Assembly: GCA_963665815.1 (NCBI GenBank)
Contig: OY762463.1
Span: 1,045,469-1,109,468 of the forward strand
DNA length: 64,000 nt
DNA from: Candidatus Cloacimonadales bacterium
Lineage (GTDB): Bacteria; Cloacimonadota; Cloacimonadia; Cloacimonadales; JAIOQZ01
Reading direction: 5' to 3'
The notes below the pieces were generated by a model. The model was not told where the DNA came from. It did no database searches and saw only the letters and a program-made list of their open reading frames with translations. Of the stretch, positions 1-9,336 are shown piece by piece; positions within the stretch are counted from its first letter, which is position 1, and the number at the start of each line of letters is the position of its first letter. Position numbers and translations under genes: made by a program.

Positions 1-2
1 AT

Positions 3-3000
3 GGCAAAGTAGTAGAAACAACTCCCGATTACGATAAAGCACAGGAAAAAATCCAATGGAACCCAAAAGGCAGAACTAGTATCGATCCAATAAATCAAAA
101 ACAATTCACATACTTTGATTCATTACCATTTAATACGAAAACAATACCATTATATAAAGAAATTACTTTTTATGATCTCAATGGTAAGGAAAAAATTAAA
201 ATAAAGAATGGAAAGATATCATCTGACCTCCGCAATATAAGCTTGAGACGAAACACTTATTGCAAAGCTGAAATTTACAGAGAACTCCTGGTTGAAGATG
301 TAGAGTTAAACTCAAATCATTACTACGAAATGGACGATAAAAACATTCAGGGGTTAATTGAAGAACTTGAAATCCCCAGAGACAAAAAATGGATGAAAAA
401 AAGATACTTTTTCAAGCATGACAAGAATGGCAATGTTATTGAAAAAACCTATTTTGAGCATTGCAAGTCACTTAAAAAAGGTGAAATCTACGTTTCAAGA
501 GTAATTGGGGAATATATTCCAACACATATTATCGGCAATTACACTGAAGAAAATCTTAAGAAACTTGGAAAACCATATAATCCTGAACAAAGTGCGTATG
601 CAGGTAGAGAGAATCCCGCTGGAAAGAAGTTTCAGGGTATTGTAAGATGGGTAACTCCGGTTTATCAAGGCAATACGAAAATTGGTTACGTTACAATGGC
701 ATTAGACCATACACATATCATGGAGTTCACAGATCATATTGTACCAACAGATGAAAGATTCACTGAAGTAACTGATCCTGGTTCAGGAAACTATGCTTTC
801 CTGTGGGATGATGCTCACAGATGTATTTCTCATGGCAGGGATTATTTCATCATGGGATTTAATTCCAGAACAGGTAGAGAGATACTTCCCTGGAACCCCA
901 AAGACTGGATGAAGCAGATAAAATCAGGTTTTGTTGGATTAGATGGTAAATACCTGAAAGAAAAAGCCCCTCAATGCGATGGTTGGATTAACTGCACCGA
1001 GTACGGAGGATCAGGTTCATTTCTGATATACTGGAGCGGACTATGGAAGTTCACTGCTGTTGCTTCGGTACCATACACAACCGGACATTACAAAGACTAT
1101 CCTCGAGGATTCGGATATGTAACATTAGGTGCTGAAATTGCTGATTTTCACAAAGATATATCAATAATGGAAAATGATCTTAAGACTCAATATGCAGCAT
1201 TCGAGAATGAAATTCAGCAATCAAACATTGATGCGAAAACTCTGTTTAATTCAATTGCAAGCAAAAATATGAATGCATTGATTCTTATTTCATTCCTTAT
1301 ATTTATTGCGATTATTATCATAGGCTATTATACATCTAAAAAACTTGTTCAACCTGTTAAAGCTCTCACGGATGCTGCTCAAAAAATATCAAAAGGTAAT
1401 TTTGAAATTAGTGTTGAAAACAAAAGTACGGATGAAATCGGTTTCCTCAGTCAAACCTTTGAAGCTATGGCAAAAGATCTGAAGGACGGTTTTGATAAAA
1501 TAGAATATCAGAACAACAGACTTGTTGAGCTGGATAAGCTTAAAGATGACTTTCTGGCAAATACCTCACATGAATTACGTACACCATTAAATGGAATTAT
1601 TGGAATTGCCGAATCTATGGTTGATCCTTCAAGAGGCTTTTCCAAGAATGATATAAGCAGAAACCTTATGATGATTGTTTCCAGTGGGAGAAGACTGGCA
1701 AGCTTAGTTAATGACATCCTTGATTTTTCCAAACTGAAAAAGAAAGATATTACTCTGAGTATTGCTGCTATTGACCTTTATTCTGTAACTGATGTTGTTT
1801 TAAAACTTTCTGCTCCGCTTGTTGGTAAGAAAAAGCTTAAGCTTCTCAATGAAGTCCCCGGAGATATTCCTTTAGTTCAAGCAGATGAAAACAGACTTCA
1901 GCAAATTATGCATAACATTATTGGTAATGCAATTAAGTTTACGGATGAAGGATATGTTAAAGTAAAAGCTGAGAAGCAAAATAATAAAATTATGGTAGCA
2001 ATATCAGATACCGGTATTGGTATTCCTGGAGAAAAACTGGATACTATATTCGAATCATTTGAGCAGGTTGACAGCTCTGTATCAAGAATATACGGAGGTA
2101 CCGGACTGGGACTGGCTGTATCCAAGCAACTTATTGAACTTCATGGTGGAAATATAACAGTTGAATCTGAAATCGACAAGGGATCTGTCTTCTCGTTCAC
2201 ATTGAGGATTTCTGAAGATCAGTCTAAAAAATCCGAGATTACTGAAATGAAAGAACAGGATTACGTAAGTATCATAAATCCTGAATTGCTGAGTGAAATT
2301 AACGAAATCCAGGACTCTCTTCCGGAAGATGGTTCTCAATACAATATTCTTGCCGTTGATGATGATCCGATAAACTTACAGGTTCTGGAGAATTTCCTTA
2401 ATCAGGAAAAATTCAAAGTGATTTGCGTTAATAATGGATTTGAAGCTCTTAAAGCAATTGATGAAGGATTCCAGCCTGATCTGATTCTTCTGGATATAAT
2501 GATGCCTAAAATGTCGGGTTTCCAAGTACTTGAAAAAATCAGAGATAAATTCCAGCTTCACGAATTACCGGTTGTTCTATTGACAGCCAAAAATCAGGTA
2601 AATGATGTTATTCAGGGATTTAATACCGGTACAAATGACTATCTTACAAAGCCAATATCAAGAAACGAATTGCTGGCACGATTAAGAACCCACCTGTCTC
2701 TTCTTGAAACCAATAAAAAACTGAAGAAACTTAACACAGAACTTGAATCAGCAGTCAAGGAACGAACAAATAAGATTCAGACACAGAATGATAAGCTGGA
2801 AAATACACTTAATCGACTTAAAGATGCTCAGGATGATCTTCTTCAGCTTGAAAGAACCAAAGCAGCACTGGCAATGGCAGTGACAGTCAACCACGAGATA
2901 AATCAGCCTCTTATGGTTCTTCAAGGTAATCTTGAAATGCTTATAATGAAGCTATCTGATGATCTTGAACTGGTGAAATACGGTAAATATGTAGATTCAA

Positions 3001-3149
3001 TTAAAAGATCTATTGAAAAAATAAAATCAATCTTACATGGATTCAGAAAAGCTGACTATATAGAATTCACTGATTATATTGATGGAACCAACATGGTTCA
3101 GATTGAAAAAATACTTGTTCCAGATCCAGATAATGAGGATAATGAATAG
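3..3149 (+). CDS. hybrid sensor histidine kinase / response regulator (5' end cut by window edge)
   Basis: The frame is open from base 3, with no stop before the TTG at 243 used by the ORF track, so the gene begins upstream of the window. It has a TM segment (ALILISFLIFIAIIIIGYY) and a HAMP-like linker. Kinase motifs: H-box SHELRTPLNGIIG, N-box HNIIGNAIKFT, G1 DTGIGIP, G2 GGTGLGLAVS. A receiver domain follows (ILAVDDDPINL..LLDIMMPKMSGF..LTAK..DYLTKP), then a coiled coil and a second DHp-like H-box (VNHEINQPL) with no ATPase domain after it. Confidence 0.9.
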   Translation, partial: GKVVETTPDYDKAQEKIQWNPKGRTSIDPINQKQFTYFDSLPFNTKTIPLYKEITFYDLNGKEKIKIKNGKISSDLRNISLRRNTYCKAEIYRELLVEDVELNSNHYYEMDDKNIQGLIEELEIPRDKKWMKKRYFFKHDKNGNVIEKTYFEHCKSLKKGEIYVSRVIGEYIPTHIIGNYTEENLKKLGKPYNPEQSAYAGRENPAGKKFQGIVRWVTPVYQGNTKIGYVTMALDHTHIMEFTDHIVPTDERFTEVTDPGSGNYAFLWDDAHRCISHGRDYFIMGFNSRTGREILPWNPKDWMKQIKSGFVGLDGKYLKEKAPQCDGWINCTEYGGSGSFLIYWSGLWKFTAVASVPYTTGHYKDYPRGFGYVTLGAEIADFHKDISIMENDLKTQYAAFENEIQQSNIDAKTLFNSIASKNMNALILISFLIFIAIIIIGYYTSKKLVQPVKALTDAAQKISKGNFEISVENKSTDEIGFLSQTFEAMAKDLKDGFDKIEYQNNRLVELDKLKDDFLANTSHELRTPLNGIIGIAESMVDPSRGFSKNDISRNLMMIVSSGRRLASLVNDILDFSKLKKKDITLSIAAIDLYSVTDVVLKLSAPLVGKKKLKLLNEVPGDIPLVQADENRLQQIMHNIIGNAIKFTDEGYVKVKAEKQNNKIMVAISDTGIGIPGEKLDTIFESFEQVDSSVSRIYGGTGLGLAVSKQLIELHGGNITVESEIDKGSVFSFTLRISEDQSKKSEITEMKEQDYVSIINPELLSEINEIQDSLPEDGSQYNILAVDDDPINLQVLENFLNQEKFKVICVNNGFEALKAIDEGFQPDLILLDIMMPKMSGFQVLEKIRDKFQLHELPVVLLTAKNQVNDVIQGFNTGTNDYLTKPISRNELLARLRTHLSLLETNKKLKKLNTELESAVKERTNKIQTQNDKLENTLNRLKDAQDDLLQLERTKAALAMAVTVNHEINQPLMVLQGNLEMLIMKLSDDLELVKYGKYVDSIKRSIEKIKSILHGFRKADYIEFTDYIDGTNMVQIEKILVPDPDNEDNE

Positions 3150-3160
3150 TCATCAGACAT

Positions 3161-3192
3161 AAAAAAACGGCAGTCACATGACTGCCGTTTTC
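3161..3192. terminator. bidirectional rho-independent terminator between convergent genes
   Basis: AAAAAAA-CGGCAGTCA-ca-TGACTGCCG-TTTTC. A perfect 9-nt inverted repeat at 3168-3187 is flanked by an A-run and a T-run, between the stops at 3149 (+) and 3213 (-). Confidence 0.85.
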
Positions 3193-3212
3193 TTATATTT
3201 CTAATGTGTTTT

Positions 3213-4622
3213 TTAGTTTACTGTCATGATTGCTTCAAAACCATAAGGACCTTTCTTAATCCTGTTTACCTTAAGAGGAGCGTTAGATGGTGAAGATATT
3301 TTATCAACTCCCGGAAGATTCTTTATATTTACATTGAAACTTTTCATTTTTCCACTGATTGATGATCTTATTCCTTTCGTCAGTCTATCAGGCAGGAACG
3401 GAAGAGAAAATCTCTTAATTGAGAACTTTTTAAGAGTAAGTCCATTCCTTGAAATCTCCCAGTCACAAATCATTTCAAGAGTGAGATCAACATGGTGACC
3501 CAGGCATTCTATTCTATTAATAATACCTACTACAAGCTGTTTTCCATCTGTTGGCTCAAACTTCATTTTCTTGAAATCAACTTTGAAAAGCCTGTCTATA
3601 GTCTTAGCTTTTAATTGATCATAAAGACTTTCTTCATTAGGAAACCCAATAGTAAAAGTATATTTATTACCAACTTTTTCGAGGGAAATCATATTGTTTG
3701 CTAATGTATTAAGTCCACTATTTACTTTACCCATAACAAAATTGCCTACTTTTTTAGCAATAACACCTAATTGATCTGTAACCTGCTGAGTCATTTTGTG
3801 AACTTCCATTGCTCTCTTTTCAGCCATATCTCTGGTCGATTTTACTTCATCGCCTGTGGCAATGTATATCATTTCCCATTGCTGAGCTAAAGTATTGTTC
3901 TGCTCCCACATTTGAACTGCTGTACCATTAGTGTTGTTTCCACCTCTTGCATCAATAACAAGGTTGTTCATTTTTGAAACAAATACGAATCTATTCTTAC
4001 CAACATTCTGTATTCTCCATTGATATGAATTGGCTTGAGGATCATTGCGATTATTAATATCGTATCCAGAATTAAGTATAATCTGCTGACCATGATCCTG
4101 AGCTTGAACCCACATACCAGTTTTACACTGAACCCAATAGTATCCAAAATCATCTGGATGCTTTGTTCTTTCATAAACAGATACAAATCTGTAACGTCTG
4201 TCAGCAGGAGGATATTCCTGAAATGTTATTCCCCATAGCATTATAGGCTTATTGGGACCTTCACATTCTTTACCATTTCCTGCAATATCCCAGAAACGAC
4301 CTATATCATGTTTATCTTTCTTTAATGCCGGGCGAATTGCCACCCATCTTTCTTCTTCGGGTACAAATGTATCTCCCCAGCAGAGAATATATCTGTCCCA
4401 GCCAAGTTTATGTTCTACTTTCTTCTTAACGGTCTTAGCACCTTTTTCTACTTCCTTTGCCCCTTTATTGGCTACTTTATTAACCTCTTTTGCGCCTTTT
4501 TTAACAGTCTTTCCAACTTTTTTCCCAACTTTTTTCGCTTTCTTACGAATACTATCAAAGGGATCTGCACTTAAGCTGATTGCAACAAATAAGATCAATA
4601 TCAATGCTAATTTTCTTTTCAT
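3213..4622 (-). CDS. secreted protein with Lys-rich N-terminal repeats and a ricin-B-like (beta-trefoil lectin) domain
   Basis: 469-aa ORF with signal peptide MKRKLALILILFVAISLSA. KKVGK/KGAKEV-type Lys-rich repeats follow. The central region has Q-x-W motifs (SYQWRI, VQMWEQ, AQQWEM) typical of ricin-type lectin folds. The C-terminal half is unassigned. Confidence 0.7.
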   Translation of the reverse strand: MKRKLALILILFVAISLSADPFDSIRKKAKKVGKKVGKTVKKGAKEVNKVANKGAKEVEKGAKTVKKKVEHKLGWDRYILCWGDTFVPEEERWVAIRPALKKDKHDIGRFWDIAGNGKECEGPNKPIMLWGITFQEYPPADRRYRFVSVYERTKHPDDFGYYWVQCKTGMWVQAQDHGQQIILNSGYDINNRNDPQANSYQWRIQNVGKNRFVFVSKMNNLVIDARGGNNTNGTAVQMWEQNNTLAQQWEMIYIATGDEVKSTRDMAEKRAMEVHKMTQQVTDQLGVIAKKVGNFVMGKVNSGLNTLANNMISLEKVGNKYTFTIGFPNEESLYDQLKAKTIDRLFKVDFKKMKFEPTDGKQLVVGIINRIECLGHHVDLTLEMICDWEISRNGLTLKKFSIKRFSLPFLPDRLTKGIRSSISGKMKSFNVNIKNLPGVDKISSPSNAPLKVNRIKKGPYGFEAIMTVN

Positions 4623-4735
4623 TTATTTCTTCCTTAATTTTTTTTACTTCAATTGCAAAGTAATTTCAATAATCTAAAAAACATTTATATTGGTCAACCG
4701 AAAATGTATATCAATATTCAAACCAAGTGAGAATA

Positions 4736-5992
4736 CTAAAATAGGTTATGTCTCACAAATAAGTTAATTCCACACCCGTTTTTATTTTCTTTCGGAATTG
4801 AATAATCTTCAACTCCATCTAACCTTATTTCCGGGAAAATAACCCTGTTTACAAGGATGTCAGCTCTTAAACCAAAAATCATCCTGTTTTTCTCAACTGA
4901 AAAACCAACAGCAAATCCAATATCGTCTATCTCAATATCATCATCAGAAACCGTTTGCTGTATTCTTGGTTCCCAAAAATCCATTTCAACTGTCCTTTCT
5001 GAATTCACAATATGATTTATCTTCAATCCACCAAACAGAGAAAATTGCTTAACCGGAGAATATACAATGAAAGCCGGTATCTCAAGCAGATTTATCATTG
5101 TCTTTTCCTCATAGGAATCATAATCATCAATTTCTTTTTCATAAGTCTTTACGAGCGGTTTCATTAAAACACCAGTCCTGATTTCGAAATGTTCCTTAAT
5201 GGGATAATCATATGTTAATCCGGCATACAAACCCCTTAAATCTCCAATGCAAAATCCATATTCCAACCTTAAACTTGACTCCTCCATCTCGTCAGCAGGT
5301 CTGTAATAAGGCTTTACGCACTTCATAAAATCAAATGGAAAATCAACTTCTATTGCCAGCAAATCATAGTCAGTATATATAAATCTATCCTGAGTATATA
5401 AAGGATTTAAATCATCTTCAGACAATATGTATGATTTCCCCCTGAAATAAGAACCGAGACTTAAACCGCTCTTAAAACGAACATTTTGAAAAAAAGAGTA
5501 AGAGAACCTGAAAGAAACTCCCAAAGCGTGCTTTGATTGTTCTACTAAAGGTTCTTTTTCATAATAAGGTCCATCATAATCCCCACCAGGAAGTGAAAAT
5601 TTACAGTCATATCCTCTTAAACCTTCTTGATTACAGTAACGATAGAACACTCCTGTTTCCATCATCACGTCCACACCATACACATCTGATGTATAGAAAA
5701 TATGAGAGCACTTTACATCAGTAATCTGATAATTGTATCTATGATATGCAAATGCTGATTCTGCGTATCTGAATCCATACAACAATCCGGAAAATCTGTT
5801 AAGAACTTCTGCTTCACCGTTTACAGGAGTGAAGAGAGAACCTTCGTATTTCAAACTGAATCTGAACTGCTCTAAATCAATAGCAAATGAAAATACAGGA
5901 ATAAATAAAAGGACAAAAACGTATGTAAGTAAAATCTTTCTCAAAATCTCTCCTGATGTAATGATAACATAAGATGTTTTGTTACAAATCAT
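4736..5992 (-). CDS. hypothetical outer-membrane beta-barrel-like protein
   Basis: 418-aa ORF with a hydrophobic signal-like segment (LLTYVFVLLFIPVFSFA). It has Y/F/G-rich alternating strands and an aromatic C-terminus (..VRHNLF). No family recognised, and the start codon is uncertain. Confidence 0.6.
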   Translation of the reverse strand: MICNKTSYVIITSGEILRKILLTYVFVLLFIPVFSFAIDLEQFRFSLKYEGSLFTPVNGEAEVLNRFSGLLYGFRYAESAFAYHRYNYQITDVKCSHIFYTSDVYGVDVMMETGVFYRYCNQEGLRGYDCKFSLPGGDYDGPYYEKEPLVEQSKHALGVSFRFSYSFFQNVRFKSGLSLGSYFRGKSYILSEDDLNPLYTQDRFIYTDYDLLAIEVDFPFDFMKCVKPYYRPADEMEESSLRLEYGFCIGDLRGLYAGLTYDYPIKEHFEIRTGVLMKPLVKTYEKEIDDYDSYEEKTMINLLEIPAFIVYSPVKQFSLFGGLKINHIVNSERTVEMDFWEPRIQQTVSDDDIEIDDIGFAVGFSVEKNRMIFGLRADILVNRVIFPEIRLDGVEDYSIPKENKNGCGINLFVRHNLF

Positions 5993-6239
5993 TTGTCAAG
6001 CAAAGTCTCATATGATTACTAACTCCTGATCACATTTCACTTAGTTTCATCACTCATGTAATAGCTCTTCATTTACATAATTGAAAAAATCTTGATTCGG
6101 CATAGTTAGTGTACACGTCTTTTAATATCTAAACAATTTATTGACTTTCTTGTTGTACATTCTTTTTTATAACTACTACTCATTTTTACACAATTAAATC
6201 AAAAAAAGGATAAATCTATGAAAAAATCACGAAATTGTC

Positions 6240-7201
6240 ATGCAATGGATTACATCCAAATGGATTAATGAACCAATCAAAGTGTTTTACAGACTTGGTA
6301 TCCCTGATTTTTTAGGCAATACTTCTATGACTCTAGAGGAATTATCACTGTTGACACAAACGATTCCAGAAAAACTGATCAGACTATTGCGAGTCCTTGA
6401 ATCAGTAAAAATTGTAAGTGTAACTGATAATGATATCAGTCTGACAGAAACAGGTAGTTTGTTTCAAAAAAAACAACTTGGCTGTATTGCCGGTATGATA
6501 TTTTCAGACTGGCATGATTCTGCCTGATCACGATTAGATGACTGTCTTAAGTCAAATGAAAATGGTTTTGAGTTAGCTCACAATTCTGAAGCATTCGACT
6601 GGCTTTCTAAGCATCCGGAGTATATGCAACAATATAATTCAGCCAATAGGATGAAATCACAAATGATTAGCCATATCTATTGGAGAATTATGACTTCTCA
6701 ACTACGACATCTATTGTTGATATCGGAGGAGGAAATGGAGGAATATCAATTACTTTAAAGAATATTTTTCCAGAGCTTGAAGTAGTTCTGACTGATTCCG
6801 AAACTGTGATATCACATCTTGCGTCTGATATTCACTTTCAGGAGTCCTCAATCGTTCTCGAAGCTTGTAATTTCTTTGAATCAGTCCCGTTCATATCCGA
6901 TAAAGCCCTGTTATCAAACATTCTTCATGACTGGGATGATGAAAGATGTGCTGAAATTCTTAAGATTCTTAAGGATAACTCTGCTGCATCCAACAAAATC
7001 CTGATTATGGAATATCTTGTACCTGAAGATTCATCTTTCAATGTGAGTAAATTGCTTGATATTGAGATGATGGTAATGGGAAGCGGTAAAGAAAGAACGC
7101 TATCTGAATATGAAAATTTGTTTGCTCAATGTAAATTTAAAATATCCAACCTGATCAAAACAAAATCTGGATTATCAATCATTGAAATTTCACACAGCTG
7201 A
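6240..7201 (+). pseudogene. class I SAM-dependent O-methyltransferase (Methyltransf_2-like), disrupted by an in-frame TGA and a frameshift
   Basis: Three collinear pieces of one OMT. Piece 1 is the N-terminal winged-helix/dimerisation part (6240-6524). TGA at 6525-6527 interrupts ..DWHDSA*SRLDDCLKSNENGFELAHNSEAFDWLSKHPEYMQQYNSANRMKSQMISHI, which continues in the same frame. A 1-nt frame change near 6670-6680 is then needed to reach LENYDFSTTTSIVDIGGGNGG (SAM motif I) and the rest of the fold (6680-7201). Confidence 0.7.
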
Positions 7202-7306
7202 CACCATTAAACGTCAACACCTTTTTTAATCACACTTCAAACACAATTTTCATGCAATTCATTGATTTTCTTGACTTGAAAATCGACAATCCCAAAATCC
7301 ATCTAT

Positions 7307-7957
7307 ATGGATAATCAGATATTTCTTTATTATTACAGCTTCAAGGATATCGAAGAAGATTTTTCTATCAGCAATAGAAGGCCATTGATTGCATCCTTAC
7401 AAAAAGAAGCAGAACGCTACCGTTTTATTGCCGATCGCAACAGATTTATTACCGGTAGACTGCTTATAAGACACGCTTTGAGTCAACATGGATTTGAGGA
7501 TGTTACATTATCTGACATACTTTACTCTGACTGTCTTAAACCCAGGTTTGATTTTCCATTTTACTTCAATTTAAGTCACTCCGGTAAATATATCATTCTT
7601 GCTGTATCTCTTAACAATGATGTTGGTTGTGATATAGAGTTCCATAACCCCAATCTTGACTTCAGCGAGTTTTCTTCATTCTTTACGGATGAAGAACTGA
7701 GTTTAATTTCAACCTCTCCCCTACCTGTGAAATCCTTTTTTGATTTATGGACAATCAAAGAATCCCTGCTTAAAGCCGACGGTCGAGGAATGCACTTCCC
7801 TCCCAAATCAATCAGACTTCAAAATAATTATGGAATGCTGGACAACGAAAAAATCTACTTCAGAATCACTGAAATTGCTGAGCAATACTCAACATCAATT
7901 GCATGCACAGAAAATTTTGATACTATTAAATTTATAGAAGTAACCAATTTGATTTAG
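7307..7957 (+). CDS. 4'-phosphopantetheinyl transferase, Sfp type
   Basis: 216 aa carrying the conserved PPTase motifs FNLSHSGKYIILAV, VGCDIE and WTIKESLLKADGRG. Confidence 0.85.
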   Translation: MDNQIFLYYYSFKDIEEDFSISNRRPLIASLQKEAERYRFIADRNRFITGRLLIRHALSQHGFEDVTLSDILYSDCLKPRFDFPFYFNLSHSGKYIILAVSLNNDVGCDIEFHNPNLDFSEFSSFFTDEELSLISTSPLPVKSFFDLWTIKESLLKADGRGMHFPPKSIRLQNNYGMLDNEKIYFRITEIAEQYSTSIACTENFDTIKFIEVTNLI

Positions 7958-8100
7958 TTCTGATAATTGTCTGATTATCTCCGACAGTGTAATTACACCC
8001 GGTAAATTACTTAAAATCAGGCGTTGACAGCATGTTCAATCACACACTTCTGGCACAAAAATAAACAATAAAAGCACCAGCATGCTTTACAGGAGATATT

Positions 8101-8949
8101 GTGTTATACTTATTATTAGTGTCCTTTACTTGGGCTTTTTCTTTCGGTTTAATCAAAGGTATCCTAACCGGTGTTAACCCGATTCTCGTTTCATTCATCA
8201 GACTCAGCATTTCTCTGGTGATTTTCATGCCTTTCCTCAGGATTTCAAAACTAAACTTCAGGCAAATGAAGAGTCTATTCCTCATTGGAGCAGTGCAATT
8301 TGGAGTAATGTATGTTTCTTACATATCTGCATACAAGTACTTGCTTGCCTGGCAGATTGCTCTTTTCACGATTTTTACACCGATTTACGTAACAATTATT
8401 AACGATTTATATAAAAAGAAATTTTCTATTATCCCGCTTTTCGCTGCAATACTATCAATTGTTGGAACGCTGATTATTATGTTTAAAACAGGCGAACCTG
8501 GACCATTCCTTAAAGGTTTTACTCTTGTGCAAATATCTAATATCAGCTTTGCCTGGGGACAGATTGCTTATAAAAAAATGAATTTTCCTGTAAATTTCAA
8601 GCAGGTTAATGCATTTGCCATATCCTATCTTGGAGCAGTAGTTCTGACAGGTATTTCTGCAGCACTTACAGTTGATTTCTCTGTAGTAGCATTCACTGCA
8701 AAACAAGTTTATACATTAATCTATCTCGGTGCAATAGCTTCTGGAATCTGTTTCTTCCTCTGGAACTATGGAGCAAAGAAAACAAGTGCAGGCTTACTTG
8801 CAGTAATGAATAACCTGAAGATACCTTTGGCTGTAGTCTGCTCACTACTTTTCTGGCATGAACAGGCAAACATTACAAGACTTGCACTTGGCTCTGTTGT
8901 CATCGTAGCTGCTATGATGCTGAACAAATTTAAACGTAAATCACTATAA
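8101..8949 (+). CDS. EamA/DMT-family transporter
   Basis: GTG start lies 4 nt after AGGAGA (8091-8096). About ten TM helices in two EamA-like halves. Confidence 0.75.
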   Translation: MLYLLLVSFTWAFSFGLIKGILTGVNPILVSFIRLSISLVIFMPFLRISKLNFRQMKSLFLIGAVQFGVMYVSYISAYKYLLAWQIALFTIFTPIYVTIINDLYKKKFSIIPLFAAILSIVGTLIIMFKTGEPGPFLKGFTLVQISNISFAWGQIAYKKMNFPVNFKQVNAFAISYLGAVVLTGISAALTVDFSVVAFTAKQVYTLIYLGAIASGICFFLWNYGAKKTSAGLLAVMNNLKIPLAVVCSLLFWHEQANITRLALGSVVIVAAMMLNKFKRKSL

Positions 8950-9060
8950 TCATTTTGATATAAGACATTAAGAAAGGCTGTCCTGTGGGCAGCCTGTTTC
9001 ACTCTCACAAAGAACGATCCCCAGACAACTATAGCAGCAATTATCAGCAACCCGGTGAAC

Positions 9061-9336
9061 AATTTTCTTGACCATTTTCCACTCATGAGCTCAATTTAGT
9101 CATAATATGGAGTAAGGAGACAGGATTGTACGTAGGTAACACAGCTTTAGTTGTCCAGGAAGACCACTACTACCCGTTCGGAATTAGGTTAGTCGGAATG
9201 TCCACCGATACCGGGCAGAATAATAAATTCCTTTACAACAATAAGGAATACGAAAATGAAAATAAGGTACCTCCTATGGTCTTCGAACTGACGTTCTACA
9301 GACTTCGGAGTGGAGACTCTCGCCTACGGCTACGAG
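9061..9336 (+). repeat. 276-bp dispersed direct repeat, copy 1 (cassette head: non-coding leader + SD + TTG + RHS-core-like 5' coding part)
   Basis: Collinear without indels with 12125-12400 at a constant offset of 3064 nt. The match runs from AATTTTCTTGACC.. through ..AATATGGAGTAAGGAGACAGGATTGTA.. to ..CGGCTACGAG, with scattered substitutions. Confidence 0.9.

Noticed and set aside
6525-6527. In-frame TGA in the methyltransferase read as recoding (Trp, Gly or Sec).
   Set aside because: TGA terminates feoB (34309-34311, followed directly by TAA) and the methyltransferase itself (7199-7201). A separate frameshift is also present in the same gene. No SECIS-like hairpin was noticed. Pseudogene or sequencing error is the simpler reading.
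8766-9086. 106-aa minus-strand ORF starting in the conserved leader of the RHS cassette (MSGKWSRKLFTGLLIIAAIVVWG..).
   Set aside because: Most of it is antisense to the 3' end of the EamA transporter gene and passes through its terminator hairpin. The start is not conserved in the second cassette copy, where the equivalent codon is not ATG. A short leader-encoded peptide cannot be excluded but is unsupported.
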